Assembly: GCA_963701965.1 (NCBI GenBank) | Contig: OY969695.1 | Location: 2,432,001-2,496,000 of the forward strand | Reading direction: 5' to 3' | DNA: 64,000 bases | Source of the DNA: an uncultured Gemmatimonadales bacterium | GTDB lineage: Bacteria > Gemmatimonadota > Gemmatimonadetes > Gemmatimonadales > Gemmatimonadaceae | Shown here: in pieces, positions 37,130 through 46,500 of the stretch | Layout: the number at the start of each line of letters is the position of its first letter | Position numbering within the stretch: position 1 is the first letter of the stretch | Made by a program: the position numbers and the translations under genes | Notes under the pieces: model-generated | What the model saw: only the letters and a program-made list of their open reading frames with translations | Told to the model about the DNA's origin: nothing | Database searches by the model: none

Positions 37130-38376
37130 TAGCGGTGGTGGTCCTCGAGCCAGCGGCGCTTTTCCAACATGCGATCGACGTCGCGGTCGAGCGCGGTCAG
37201 CGCCGCGTCTTCCGTCATGGCGCCGCGGACGGTCTCCTCGGCGTACTGGGCGACCGCGGTCGCGATCTGCTCCCACTCCGGCACTTGGGGTGTCGGCACC
37301 ACGTGCCGGAGTTGTTCCCGGAATGGGGCCGCGAAGTGGTTCGTGTCGAGGACCGGATCGGCCCACGCCGACTCACGGGGTGGCAGGTCTCCCGTGAGGC
37401 TATAGAGCTGAACCTGCACGGCGGGTTCGGAGAGATACTGGATGAGTTGCCGCGCGGCGGCCTGGTGTCGCGAGCCCCGGAATATCACCAGGCTGGAGCC
37501 ACCAGCCAGCGAGAGTCCCGGCCCGGACCCGGGCGACGGCATCGGCGCCGTCATCCATTTTCCGTTCAGTGACGGCGGCAATCGCCGGTCGAACTCGCCA
37601 ATGTCCCAGGGACCAGTCATGGCCATGACGTACTCGCCGCGCCCAAAGGACTGGTACCGGTTGGCGATTTGCGCGGCGGTGACGGCGGGCGCCAGTCCGT
37701 CGCGAAACAATCCGACATAGAACGCGAAAGCCTGGCGAAACTCGGGACTGGTGAAATCGCCGTACCGCCCATGATCGCGCAGTAACGGCGCGCGCAATTC
37801 CATCCCGAAAATGATCGGCGCCGCCCATTCGTTGAGCGGAAGGAGGATCGCGAAACGAATATCGCCGCCCGCGGCGCGGGCCTTGACCATGGACTGGCGC
37901 CAGGTTTCCCACGTCGTGGGAAACGTGCGGTACCCGGCGGCGGCCAGCACATCGGTCCGGTAGAAAATGAGGCGCGTATCGACGTACCAGGGCACGCCGT
38001 ACAGGCGGCCGTCGATGACGTTGGTATTCCAGATGCCGGGGAAATAGTCCCGAGCGTCGACCAGCGGCGGGTCGAGCGAGTCGAGCGCACCGAGCGCCAC
38101 CAACTCGGGCACCCAAGTGTTGCCCAGCTGCGCGACGTCGGGCGTGGCGCCGCCGACAAATGCGGTCAGCAGCTTTTCGTGGGCCGCCGTCCACGGGATC
38201 TGCTGTACGGTGACCTTGATCCCGGGATTGCGCCGCTCGAACTCCGGCAAGAGCGTGCGCAAGATCTCGCCTTCCCGTCCCAGACCCCACACGCGCAGCG
38301 TGACGACGCCCGCGTCGTGGCTCGAGCATCCGACCAGCACGGCAAGCCCGGCGAGCAAGAGCGCGCGCCAGTTCAT
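37129..38376 (-). CDS. Sugar ABC substrate-binding lipoprotein
   Basis: Lipobox LVGC, QQIPWTAAHEKLLTA, PDVAQLGNTW, PWYVDTR. Confidence 0.9.
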   Translation of the reverse strand: MNWRALLLAGLAVLVGCSSHDAGVVTLRVWGLGREGEILRTLLPEFERRNPGIKVTVQQIPWTAAHEKLLTAFVGGATPDVAQLGNTWVPELVALGALDSLDPPLVDARDYFPGIWNTNVIDGRLYGVPWYVDTRLIFYRTDVLAAAGYRTFPTTWETWRQSMVKARAAGGDIRFAILLPLNEWAAPIIFGMELRAPLLRDHGRYGDFTSPEFRQAFAFYVGLFRDGLAPAVTAAQIANRYQSFGRGEYVMAMTGPWDIGEFDRRLPPSLNGKWMTAPMPSPGSGPGLSLAGGSSLVIFRGSRHQAAARQLIQYLSEPAVQVQLYSLTGDLPPRESAWADPVLDTNHFAAPFREQLRHVVPTPQVPEWEQIATAVAQYAEETVRGAMTEDAALTALDRDVDRMLEKRRWLEDHHR

Positions 38377-39881
38377 GGCACCAGTTCGTGCAACGCGACC
38401 GGCGGCGGCGGGGCAGGCGACGGCGGTCGGGGTGGTGCCTCGGGCACCGGTCCCGCGCGGTCGAGCCATCCGCCGGAGAACCCGGCGCGACGCAAGCCGC
38501 GGATGACGTACGGGCTCTTTCTCATCAAGTCCCAGATGAGCCCGGACCGATAGTTCTCGATCATCGCGACGATCGGCCCCTGGTCGATGCCCAGGTAGTC
38601 GGAGTCGAACCATCCCTGCGTCGGGTCAACGCGTCCGCTGACGACTTTCACCGGGGCCACGAACGTCGGATTGAACGCATCCACGAATCCGTAGGTGGAG
38701 AACACGTTGTCGCCGTAGGTCTGCCGCATGTGGAGCAGCGTGGGAATCACGATCTCCGGCGCGAACGCGATCGAGCCGCCGGCCGCGGTGGGCGCGATGG
38801 TCCCGTCGTCGAACGACCGGGCGACGGACACGCCGCGATCCGTGTAATCGCGAAACCGCCGCGGCTTGCCATCGAGGACGAGCAGGAGATTGCCCGGTCC
38901 GTCGCAAGAGGTGAAGCCCCACAGGTTGGGCCCGTACCCGACGTATCCCAGGGAGTCCGCGATCGCATAGGCCCGCTGCGCATACGTCGCGCGGCGGGAG
39001 TTCTCAAAGTAGTCGCTGCCGTGCGCGCGCATATAGTCGTCGCGCACATCGCGGAAGTCGATCCAGACGTGCGTATACTGGTGCCCGAACTGGGGCGCGA
39101 AGGTCAGATACGACTGTCCGTAGTACGTGCCCCAACGATACGTGCGCTGATATTCGCCCCACACCGAGGGATCGACCGCGTGCGTCGGCGAGCCGAGGGC
39201 CAAGATGTACAGGATCATCGCCTCGTTGTAGCCGCGATAATCGTACGGCATGAACCCGCTGTCGGGCGCCCAACCCAGCGTGATCGCCGGCGGAAAGTTC
39301 TGGGCCCATTGCCAGTCGACGCGCCGGTAGAGCGAATCGGCGTAGGCGCGGATGGCCACTTCATCGTCGCTCGACCGGTCGAAGTACTGACCGGCGAACA
39401 AGGCGCCGGCGAGGAGCAACGCGGTATCGATCGTCGAGAGCTCGGACGGCGCGAACCGCCGTCCGTGTTTCATGTCCAGGAAGTGATAGAAAAAGCCTTT
39501 GAACCCGATGGTGCCGGTGTCGGCCGGTCCCTGCGGCGCTTGATAGAGGTACTGGAGCGTGATCCGCGTGCGATGGGCCGCCGCCTCGCGCGTGACGTAG
39601 CCGCGCTCGGCGCCGATGGGATAGGCCGTCAGCGCGAAGCCAACGGCGGCGATCGACGAGAACGTCGGCGACAGCGCGCGGTCCGGCGTCAAGCCGGTCG
39701 TCGAGTCGGAGAAATGCCAGAAAAAATCGAAGGACCGGTGCTCGACGGTATCGAGAAAAGCCTGGCCCGCGATGCCGCCAGGGACCGGCACCGGCGCCAC
39801 GCGTGGAGCCGGCGGCGTGCGTGCGCACGCCGCCGTCAACACCATTGCGGCGACCGCCGCGGCCTTCCAGGAGACGGGCAC
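38373..39881 (-). CDS. Glucoamylase-family (GH144-like endo-beta-1,2-glucanase) lipoprotein
   Basis: Lipobox TAAC, SIAAVGF, GFFYHFLD, ELSTIDT, GYNEAM, FGHQY, YLGIDQGP..IENYR. Confidence 0.78.
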   Translation of the reverse strand: MPVSWKAAAVAAMVLTAACARTPPAPRVAPVPVPGGIAGQAFLDTVEHRSFDFFWHFSDSTTGLTPDRALSPTFSSIAAVGFALTAYPIGAERGYVTREAAAHRTRITLQYLYQAPQGPADTGTIGFKGFFYHFLDMKHGRRFAPSELSTIDTALLLAGALFAGQYFDRSSDDEVAIRAYADSLYRRVDWQWAQNFPPAITLGWAPDSGFMPYDYRGYNEAMILYILALGSPTHAVDPSVWGEYQRTYRWGTYYGQSYLTFAPQFGHQYTHVWIDFRDVRDDYMRAHGSDYFENSRRATYAQRAYAIADSLGYVGYGPNLWGFTSCDGPGNLLLVLDGKPRRFRDYTDRGVSVARSFDDGTIAPTAAGGSIAFAPEIVIPTLLHMRQTYGDNVFSTYGFVDAFNPTFVAPVKVVSGRVDPTQGWFDSDYLGIDQGPIVAMIENYRSGLIWDLMRKSPYVIRGLRRAGFSGGWLDRAGPVPEAPPRPPSPAPPPPVALHELVP

Positions 39882-39906
39882 CTCTAACAGTACACGGGCG
39901 CGGCGG

Positions 39907-41516
39907 TCAGAAGTCGTAGGTCAGGCCGGCCTGGAACGTTCGCCCCTGGTTGTTGAACCCGGCGCAGGTGAGTTGGCCGAACCCGACCTGGGGGCCAGCC
40001 GAGCCGATGGATGCATTCGGGCACGCGCGGTTGGCCAAGTTGAAGACGTTGAACACGTCCAGGAGCAACCCGACCCGCTGGGCGCCGACCGTCTGGAAAT
40101 ACTTCTGGACCCGGAGATCATCCTGATAGTAGGCGAAGGCGTTGTTGATGCCGAGGAAATCGTGCTTGGGGACATAGAACGTGTTGTATTGGGTGTAACA
40201 CCCGAAGATCGGGCTGTCGGAGATCTGGCAGTTCACCTGATTGTACGCCGATCCTGCGCTCAATGTCACGATACTGCTGACGACGAAGTCCCACGGGAGC
40301 CGCACGATGCCGTTCGCTTGGACCGTCGACCGCTGGTCCGTGGCCGTCGGGTGGCGCGGGTAGTTGCTCGGCCGTTGGCGGTCGAGGTCAAAGATATCGT
40401 TTCCGCCATCCTCGTATGCCCAGCCGAGGGTGTAGGCGATCCATCCGCCCCAACGGGAGCGCCAAAGAACAGACTTTGGCGGAGCTGCTGGATCTGCGTC
40501 GACGCGAACTGCTGGGCGTCGAGCGCCTGTCCCGTGGCCGACGCGGGTGTGCCGGGGATGACCCTGGTCGCGAAGTTCTGATAGTTGCCTTCGTAGCTGC
40601 CAAAGATGTGCAGCTTGTCCTTGATGATCGGACCGCCGAGGCTCACGCCATCCTGCAGGCGCCGGAAGTCCGGCGGCGGCGAGCCGTTAATCGTGCTCTG
40701 GAAATCACGCCGGATCATCCAGGGCGCTTCGCCGTAGCCGAAGATGTTCCCGTGCCATTCATTGCCGCCGGACTGCGTCTTGGCCTCCACGATGGCGCTG
40801 GTCGCGTACTGGTATTCCGGCTTGAAGTTGTTGGTGATGACGCGAAATTCCTGCACGGCATTCTCGGGAAACGGATTGCCGCGGTTCGTCGTTTGCCCGT
40901 TGACGCCGCCGTTGAGCACATTGTTCTTGTAGCTGGCGCCGTCGATGTACACATTGACCTGGTCCAATGTCGCCGCCCCGGCGCCGAACGTCTTCTGGTC
41001 ATTGGGCGGAATCGGCTGTTGGACGCCCGGCACGAGCCGCGCCAGGTCCAGGAAATTCCGATCGATCTGCGGCAGGTGCACGATCTGATCCGTCGAGATC
41101 TGGCTGGCGACGGTCGGGTCCCGGAGATCCGACACTGGCGCGGCCGCCGAGATCTGGATCTGCTCGAGTTGCGTGGCCGAGGTCACCAGCTGGAAGTCGA
41201 GACGCGGCGTCGTGGCCACGCTGATGTGCATCGTGTCGACCTGCGGGCGGTGACCGATCGCCGTCGCCTGCAGCACGTAGTTGCTGGCCTGGAGTCCACC
41301 AATGTAGTAGAAGCCACTCGTCCCGGTCCGCGCCGACCGCACCGTCCCGGCTTTGAGATCGCGCGCCGTCACGATGGCGCCCGCGAGTGGTTCTCGATTC
41401 TCGCCCGTCACGAGCCCCTGCACTGTGGCCAACTCGGATTGCGCCGCCACGCGCGGCGCATCGACGAGGGCCAGTCCCACCACGATCAGATACCACCGAC
41501 AAACACTTCCTCGCAT
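39907..41516 (-). pseudogene. TonB-dependent receptor with internal deletion and frameshift near 40460
   Basis: N-terminal carboxypeptidase-like and plug domains (RNFLDLARLVPGV, AVQEFRV) run to ~40460; the C-terminal barrel fragment (RWGGWIAYT..QAGLTYDF) is in another frame; only ~530 codons in total. Confidence 0.8.
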
Positions 41517-41575
41517 CGGCCCGCCTCCAATGAAGGAAGGACGTGGCGAGGCTTCCTGCGTCGCGTCCTTCGCTG

Positions 41576-42607
41576 TTATCCGTCGCTCATGGTGCCTCGG
41601 GTGCTTGTTCCTCCTCGCGACGACGCGCGAATGACCATGGTGGTGGGCACGACGATCTGCTTTCGCTCGTGCCGATTCTTCTCTTCGATCGCGGTCAGCA
41701 GGGCCCGCATGGCCTGCGACCCGAGCGCGCTGTTCTCGACGTGCACCGACGTCAGGGCGGGACTCATGTACCGCGCCATCGGGATGTCATCGAATCCGCC
41801 GACGGCAATGTCGTCGGGCACGCGCAACCCCGCCTCGCGAAATCCGCTCAAGGCGCCGATGGCCATGGCATCGTTGGCTGCGAAGACGGCGTTGGGTCGC
41901 GGCGTGAGCCCGGCGAGGACTTGGGCCGCGGCGTATCCGCCCGCCTCGGTGAAGTCGCCCGGTATCTCCCATTCCTCCCGCCAGACCGCGCCGGCGTCGC
42001 GAAGGGTGGTGCGGTAACCGCGCAGCCGTTCGCGAGCATCGGCGTTGCGCGGTGACCCCGTGATAATCGCCACGCGGTCGCGGCCGGTAGCTAGCAAGTG
42101 CCGCACCATGGCTGAGCTACCGCCGAAATTGTCGACGCTGATTGCGTCGTAGGCCATCCCCTCGAACGCGCAATTCATGAGCACGACAGGAAGGCTCTCG
42201 GGGAGATTCGCCGCGAGCACGCGCTCGTCGAGATCGGGCGACATCACGATGAGCCCGTCGACGCGACCGCGCATCGCCCGCATCGCGGCCTCGACCCGCG
42301 CCTGCGTTTCGTGCGCGCTCGACAGGAGCACGTGATAGTTGTGCCGCTGCGCGGTCTGGTCGAGACCGCGGATGACTTCGGAAAAGAATTCGCCGTAGAG
42401 ATCGGGCAGCAGCACGCCGAGGACGTTCGACTTGGCGGTGATCAGACTGCGCGCGGCGCTGTTGGGCGTGTAGCGGAGCTCTCGGGCAACGTCGCGAATC
42501 CGCGCTCGCGTTTCCGCGTGCACCGGACCGCTATCGTTGAACACGCGAGAGACTGTTGCCACGGACACGCCGGCGGCCCGGGCGACATCGCGTATCGTAA
42601 CTGCCAT
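41576..42607 (-). CDS. LacI family transcriptional regulator
   Basis: TIRDVARAAGVSVATVSRV, YTPNSAARSL, VDGLI, NDAMAIG, VGGFDD. Confidence 0.95.
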   Translation of the reverse strand: MAVTIRDVARAAGVSVATVSRVFNDSGPVHAETRARIRDVARELRYTPNSAARSLITAKSNVLGVLLPDLYGEFFSEVIRGLDQTAQRHNYHVLLSSAHETQARVEAAMRAMRGRVDGLIVMSPDLDERVLAANLPESLPVVLMNCAFEGMAYDAISVDNFGGSSAMVRHLLATGRDRVAIITGSPRNADARERLRGYRTTLRDAGAVWREEWEIPGDFTEAGGYAAAQVLAGLTPRPNAVFAANDAMAIGALSGFREAGLRVPDDIAVGGFDDIPMARYMSPALTSVHVENSALGSQAMRALLTAIEEKNRHERKQIVVPTTMVIRASSRGGTSTRGTMSDG

Positions 42608-42610
42608 GCG

Positions 42611-42644
42611 TGAAAACGGTTACAGATCAGCGAAACGTTGTCAA
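42611..42644 (-). promoter_or_regulatory. LacI-type operator and -35 box upstream of the LacI gene
   Basis: TGAAAACGGTTACA (42611-24) fits a LacI-family CG-centred palindrome; TTGACA on the minus strand at 42644-39. Confidence 0.65.
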
Positions 42645-42724
42645 GTGAGAGCGTGCTCTGCTACACGGAACGTCGCGTCACTTGGGACGCGCGCTTCAGC
42701 TCGCCTGCGTCGGAGCGACGTGGC

Positions 42725-43537
42725 TCAGTGCGAGAGCGAAAATACGAACGGCATTTCGACGAGCATCTTCGCGGGGCATCCGCCCACCGAAGCGGTGCGA
42801 AACTTCGCGGCGCTCAGAAACTTCCAGACGGACCGGGCGAAATTGCGATAGGTCGCGCGCTCGATATACATGGTACCGCGCATCGGGGTGCCACTCTCGT
42901 CGACGACAAAGATCGCCGTCACGGTATCCTGGACGTTGGCGCGGCGAGCCTCCTCTGGATAGTCCGGCGGGACATTGCCCGGCACCGTTCCCGTCGCCGC
43001 CACGTCGGTCCAGCGCGGCAGAGCAGTCTGGAGAAGCGGCGCGACCACGGCATCCTTCACAGGCACCGACCTGGTATTGGATGAGAGATACGCCGTCAGC
43101 CGCACGCGCGTGTGATGTCCCCCCGACTTTGGCAGAGGGAGAAAAAGATGGGCCGAGTCGGCGCGCCGCACGGCGTCGAGGATGGTGCTGTCGAACGCGT
43201 CCGAGAGCGACGACGCGAGACGGCCAACGTGGTCGATCGTCCCGTCGCGCCTGATGTCGAATTGCACGGTCGTGCTGGCCGCGAGAGACGCGGTGTCGCG
43301 GCCGGCGGGCTCGAATGACTGCACGCGCCACGGCTCGGTCAGGCGTATCGACTGCCGAACGACGACCAACACGGACTCCAAATACGTCGCGGGCAGCGGC
43401 TTTTCCGAGGGTGCGACGGTGAGACGCCCCACGATGAGCGCGGGCACGGTGTCGGCGGCCGGAGTCCGCTGACAGGTCGAGTCCTGCGCCGTCAGCCGAC
43501 CGGCGACCAGGACGAGCAGAAGAAACGGGTGACGCAT
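42725..43537 (-). CDS. Secreted protein with two TonB C-terminal-like domains
   Basis: Signal peptide; VQFDIRRDG..FDSTILDAV; PDYPEEARR..FVVDESG..FRTA..MPFVF. Confidence 0.7.
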   Translation of the reverse strand: MRHPFLLLVLVAGRLTAQDSTCQRTPAADTVPALIVGRLTVAPSEKPLPATYLESVLVVVRQSIRLTEPWRVQSFEPAGRDTASLAASTTVQFDIRRDGTIDHVGRLASSLSDAFDSTILDAVRRADSAHLFLPLPKSGGHHTRVRLTAYLSSNTRSVPVKDAVVAPLLQTALPRWTDVAATGTVPGNVPPDYPEEARRANVQDTVTAIFVVDESGTPMRGTMYIERATYRNFARSVWKFLSAAKFRTASVGGCPAKMLVEMPFVFSLSH

Positions 43538-43589
43538 GGCGCACGAATATACATGAGTCCGCCCGCAGCGCGAGTTTAGTTTTGGTCAC

Positions 43590-46500
43590 ATGGCTCGCCG
43601 AACCAATGCGCTGACGCCGTTTCATCCGCTCGTCCAGCGCTGGTTCCGGGACACGCTCGGGAGCCCGAGCGCGCCGCAAGAGCGCGGCTGGCCCGCCATC
43701 GCGTTGGGCGAGCATACGCTGATTCTGGCGCCGACGGGCACCGGCAAGACGCTGGCGGCGTTTTTGTGGGAACTGAACGCGCTGATCGTCCGCGGGGCCG
43801 AGTCGCCCCTGCCGAACGCGGTCCAGATCCTCTACATCTCGCCCCTCAAGGCACTGGGCAATGATGTGCAGCGGAACCTCGACCGCCCGCTGGCCGACCT
43901 GCGCGCGCGATTCGCCGCGGCCGGCGAGACGTTTCCCGAGATCCGCGTCAATGTCCGGACGGGCGACACGTCGCCCTCGGCCCGCGCGCGGATGCTCCGG
44001 CGCACCCCGCACATTCTGATCACGACGCCCGAGTCCCTGCACATCTTGCTCACCACCGAGCGCGGCCGCACGATCTTCCCCGGCGTGCGCGCCGTCATCG
44101 TCGACGAGATTCACGCGGTCGCCGGCGGCAAGCGCGGCGCGCACCTCGCGCTCACGCTCGAGCGCCTCGATGCGCTGTGCCTCGGCGCCGGCTACAATGC
44201 GCCACAGCGGATCGGCCTCTCCGCCACGCAACGACCGCTCAATGAAGTCGCGCGCTTTCTCGGCGGCGCCGGCGATGACGGACGCTTTCGACCGGTCACC
44301 GTCGTGGACTGCGGACTCGTCAAGAAAATGGAGTTCACCGTGCAGTCGCCGGTGCCCGATCTCGGCGACGTCGGTGGGACGGTCTGGCCCGCCGTCACGG
44401 AGTTGCTCCTGGCGCGCATCCGCGAGGCCCGCACCACGCTCGTGTTCGTGAACAACCGCGGGCAGGCCGAGCGAGTGGCCGTGCGCATCAATGCGCTGGC
44501 CAACGAGGAGCCGGGCTCCGAGCTCGCCAGACCGTATCACGGGTCGCTGTCCAAAGAGCGACGCCTCGCGCTGGAGCGCGCGCTCAAGGCCGGCGAGCTC
44601 CGGGCGCTGGTCACCACCAGCGCGCTGGAGCTGGGCATCGACATCGGCTCCGTCGATCTCGTCGTCCAGATCCAAAGCCCCAAACGCGTCGCCGCCGCCG
44701 TGCAGCGCGCGGGCCGCGCCGGCCACTCGGTGGGCGACGTCAGTCGCGCGGTCTTCGTGCCGACGTTTCGCGATGACCTCATCGAGACGCTCGCCATCGT
44801 CGACGCGGCCCGGGAAGGCGACGTCGAGGCCACCGTCGTCCCGCAGAACGCGCTCGACGTGCTGGCGCAGGTCATCGTGGCCGTCACCTCCACGCCGATC
44901 GAGGGCACGACCGACGAAGCGCTGTATCAGCTCGTGCGCCGCGCCTACCCGTATCATCGCTTGCCCCGGGCGGCGTTCGATGAGACCCTCGCCATGCTCA
45001 GCGGCAAGTATCCGTCCGACGTGGCCGCCGAGCTGGAGCCGCGGCTCACGTGGGATCGCATCACCGGACGCGTCACGGGGTCGCGCGGCAGCCGCATGAC
45101 CGCGGTCATCTCCGGTGGCACCATCCCGGACCGGGGTCTCTATACTGTCAACCTTCCAGACCGCACGCGGCTCGGAGAGCTCGACGAGGAGTTCGTGCAC
45201 GAGTCGCGCGTCGGCGACGTGTTCCAACTCGGCTCCGCGACCTGGCGCATCGGGTCGATCGAGCACGATCGCGTCATCGTGACGCCGGCACCCGGCGCGC
45301 CGGCGCGGATGCCGTTCTGGCACGGCGAGTTCTCGACGCGCGGCGTCGCGGTCAGCCAGCGCGTCGGCGCGTTGCGCCGGGCGTTGACGGTGGCCGCGGA
45401 GACCGACGACGCCGCCTTCGCCGCCGCCAACGGCTGCGACGAGGCGTGCGCCCGCTCGGCGCGCGAATACATCGCGGCGCAACGCGCCGCGACCGGCATC
45501 GTCCCGGACGATCGCACGTTGGTGGTCGAGTGGTTCCGCGACGAAGTGGATTCGGTCCGCGTGGTGATCCATGCCAGCGTCGGCGGGCGCGTGACCGCGC
45601 CCTGGGGCATGGCATTGGCCCGGCGCGCGCGCGACCTCCTCGGCGTCAATGTCGCGGTGCAAACCAACGACGACGGCATCATGCTGCGCCTGCCGCCGCT
45701 CAACGGGCCGCCGCCCATCCGCGCGTTGCTGGCGCAGACGCCGGACGAGGTGGAGCGGGCCGTGCTCGACGAGGTGGGAACGACTCCGTTGTTCGGGGCG
45801 CGGTTCCGGATGAACGCGGCGCGCGCCCTCCTGCTGCCGCGGGGCACGGCGCGGCGGCGCATGCCCCTCTGGCTCCAACGACTCAAAGCCACCGATCTCC
45901 TGCAGGCCGTGCGGGCCTACCCCGAGTTTCCCATCCTCGTGGAGACCTATCGCGAAGTCCTGCGCAATGCGTTCGACATGGACGCGTTGACCGCTGTCGT
46001 CCGGGCGGTCGACGGCGGGCAGCTCGGGCTCCGCATCGTGGAGACGGACCGGCCGTCGCCCTTTGCGTCCGGGCTCTTGCTCGGCTTCGTGATGGACTGG
46101 TTGTACGCCGACGACACGCCGCGCGCCGAGCGGGCCGCGGCGCTGTTGGCCGTCGACCGGGGCATGCTCGACGACGTCATGGGAGTCGACGACACCGTCG
46201 ACGAGGCGACCATGCGGGCCATCGACAATGTGCTCGCCATGCGCCGGGGGACCGCGACCGGGCGGCAGGCGCGTACCGCGGACGAGTTGGCGCATCGGCT
46301 GGAGCGGGCCGGAGATCTGACGCGGGACGAGTTGGTCGCCCGGGAAGCGCCGGACTCGGGCGCACTGCGCGCGCTCCTCGCCTCGAGCCGCGTCGTCGTT
46401 GCCCGCGTCGGCGGGGACGGTAGCGACGGGAGCGCGGACGCCGAGCGGTATATCCTTGCCGAGTATCGCCCGCAATACGATACGGCGAGCGGCGGCGAAG

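Noticed and set aside
42696..46475. 1259-aa antisense ORF and many other long shadow ORFs
   Set aside because: They lie opposite well-supported genes, are Arg/Ala/Gly-rich and lack motifs; expected in high-GC DNA
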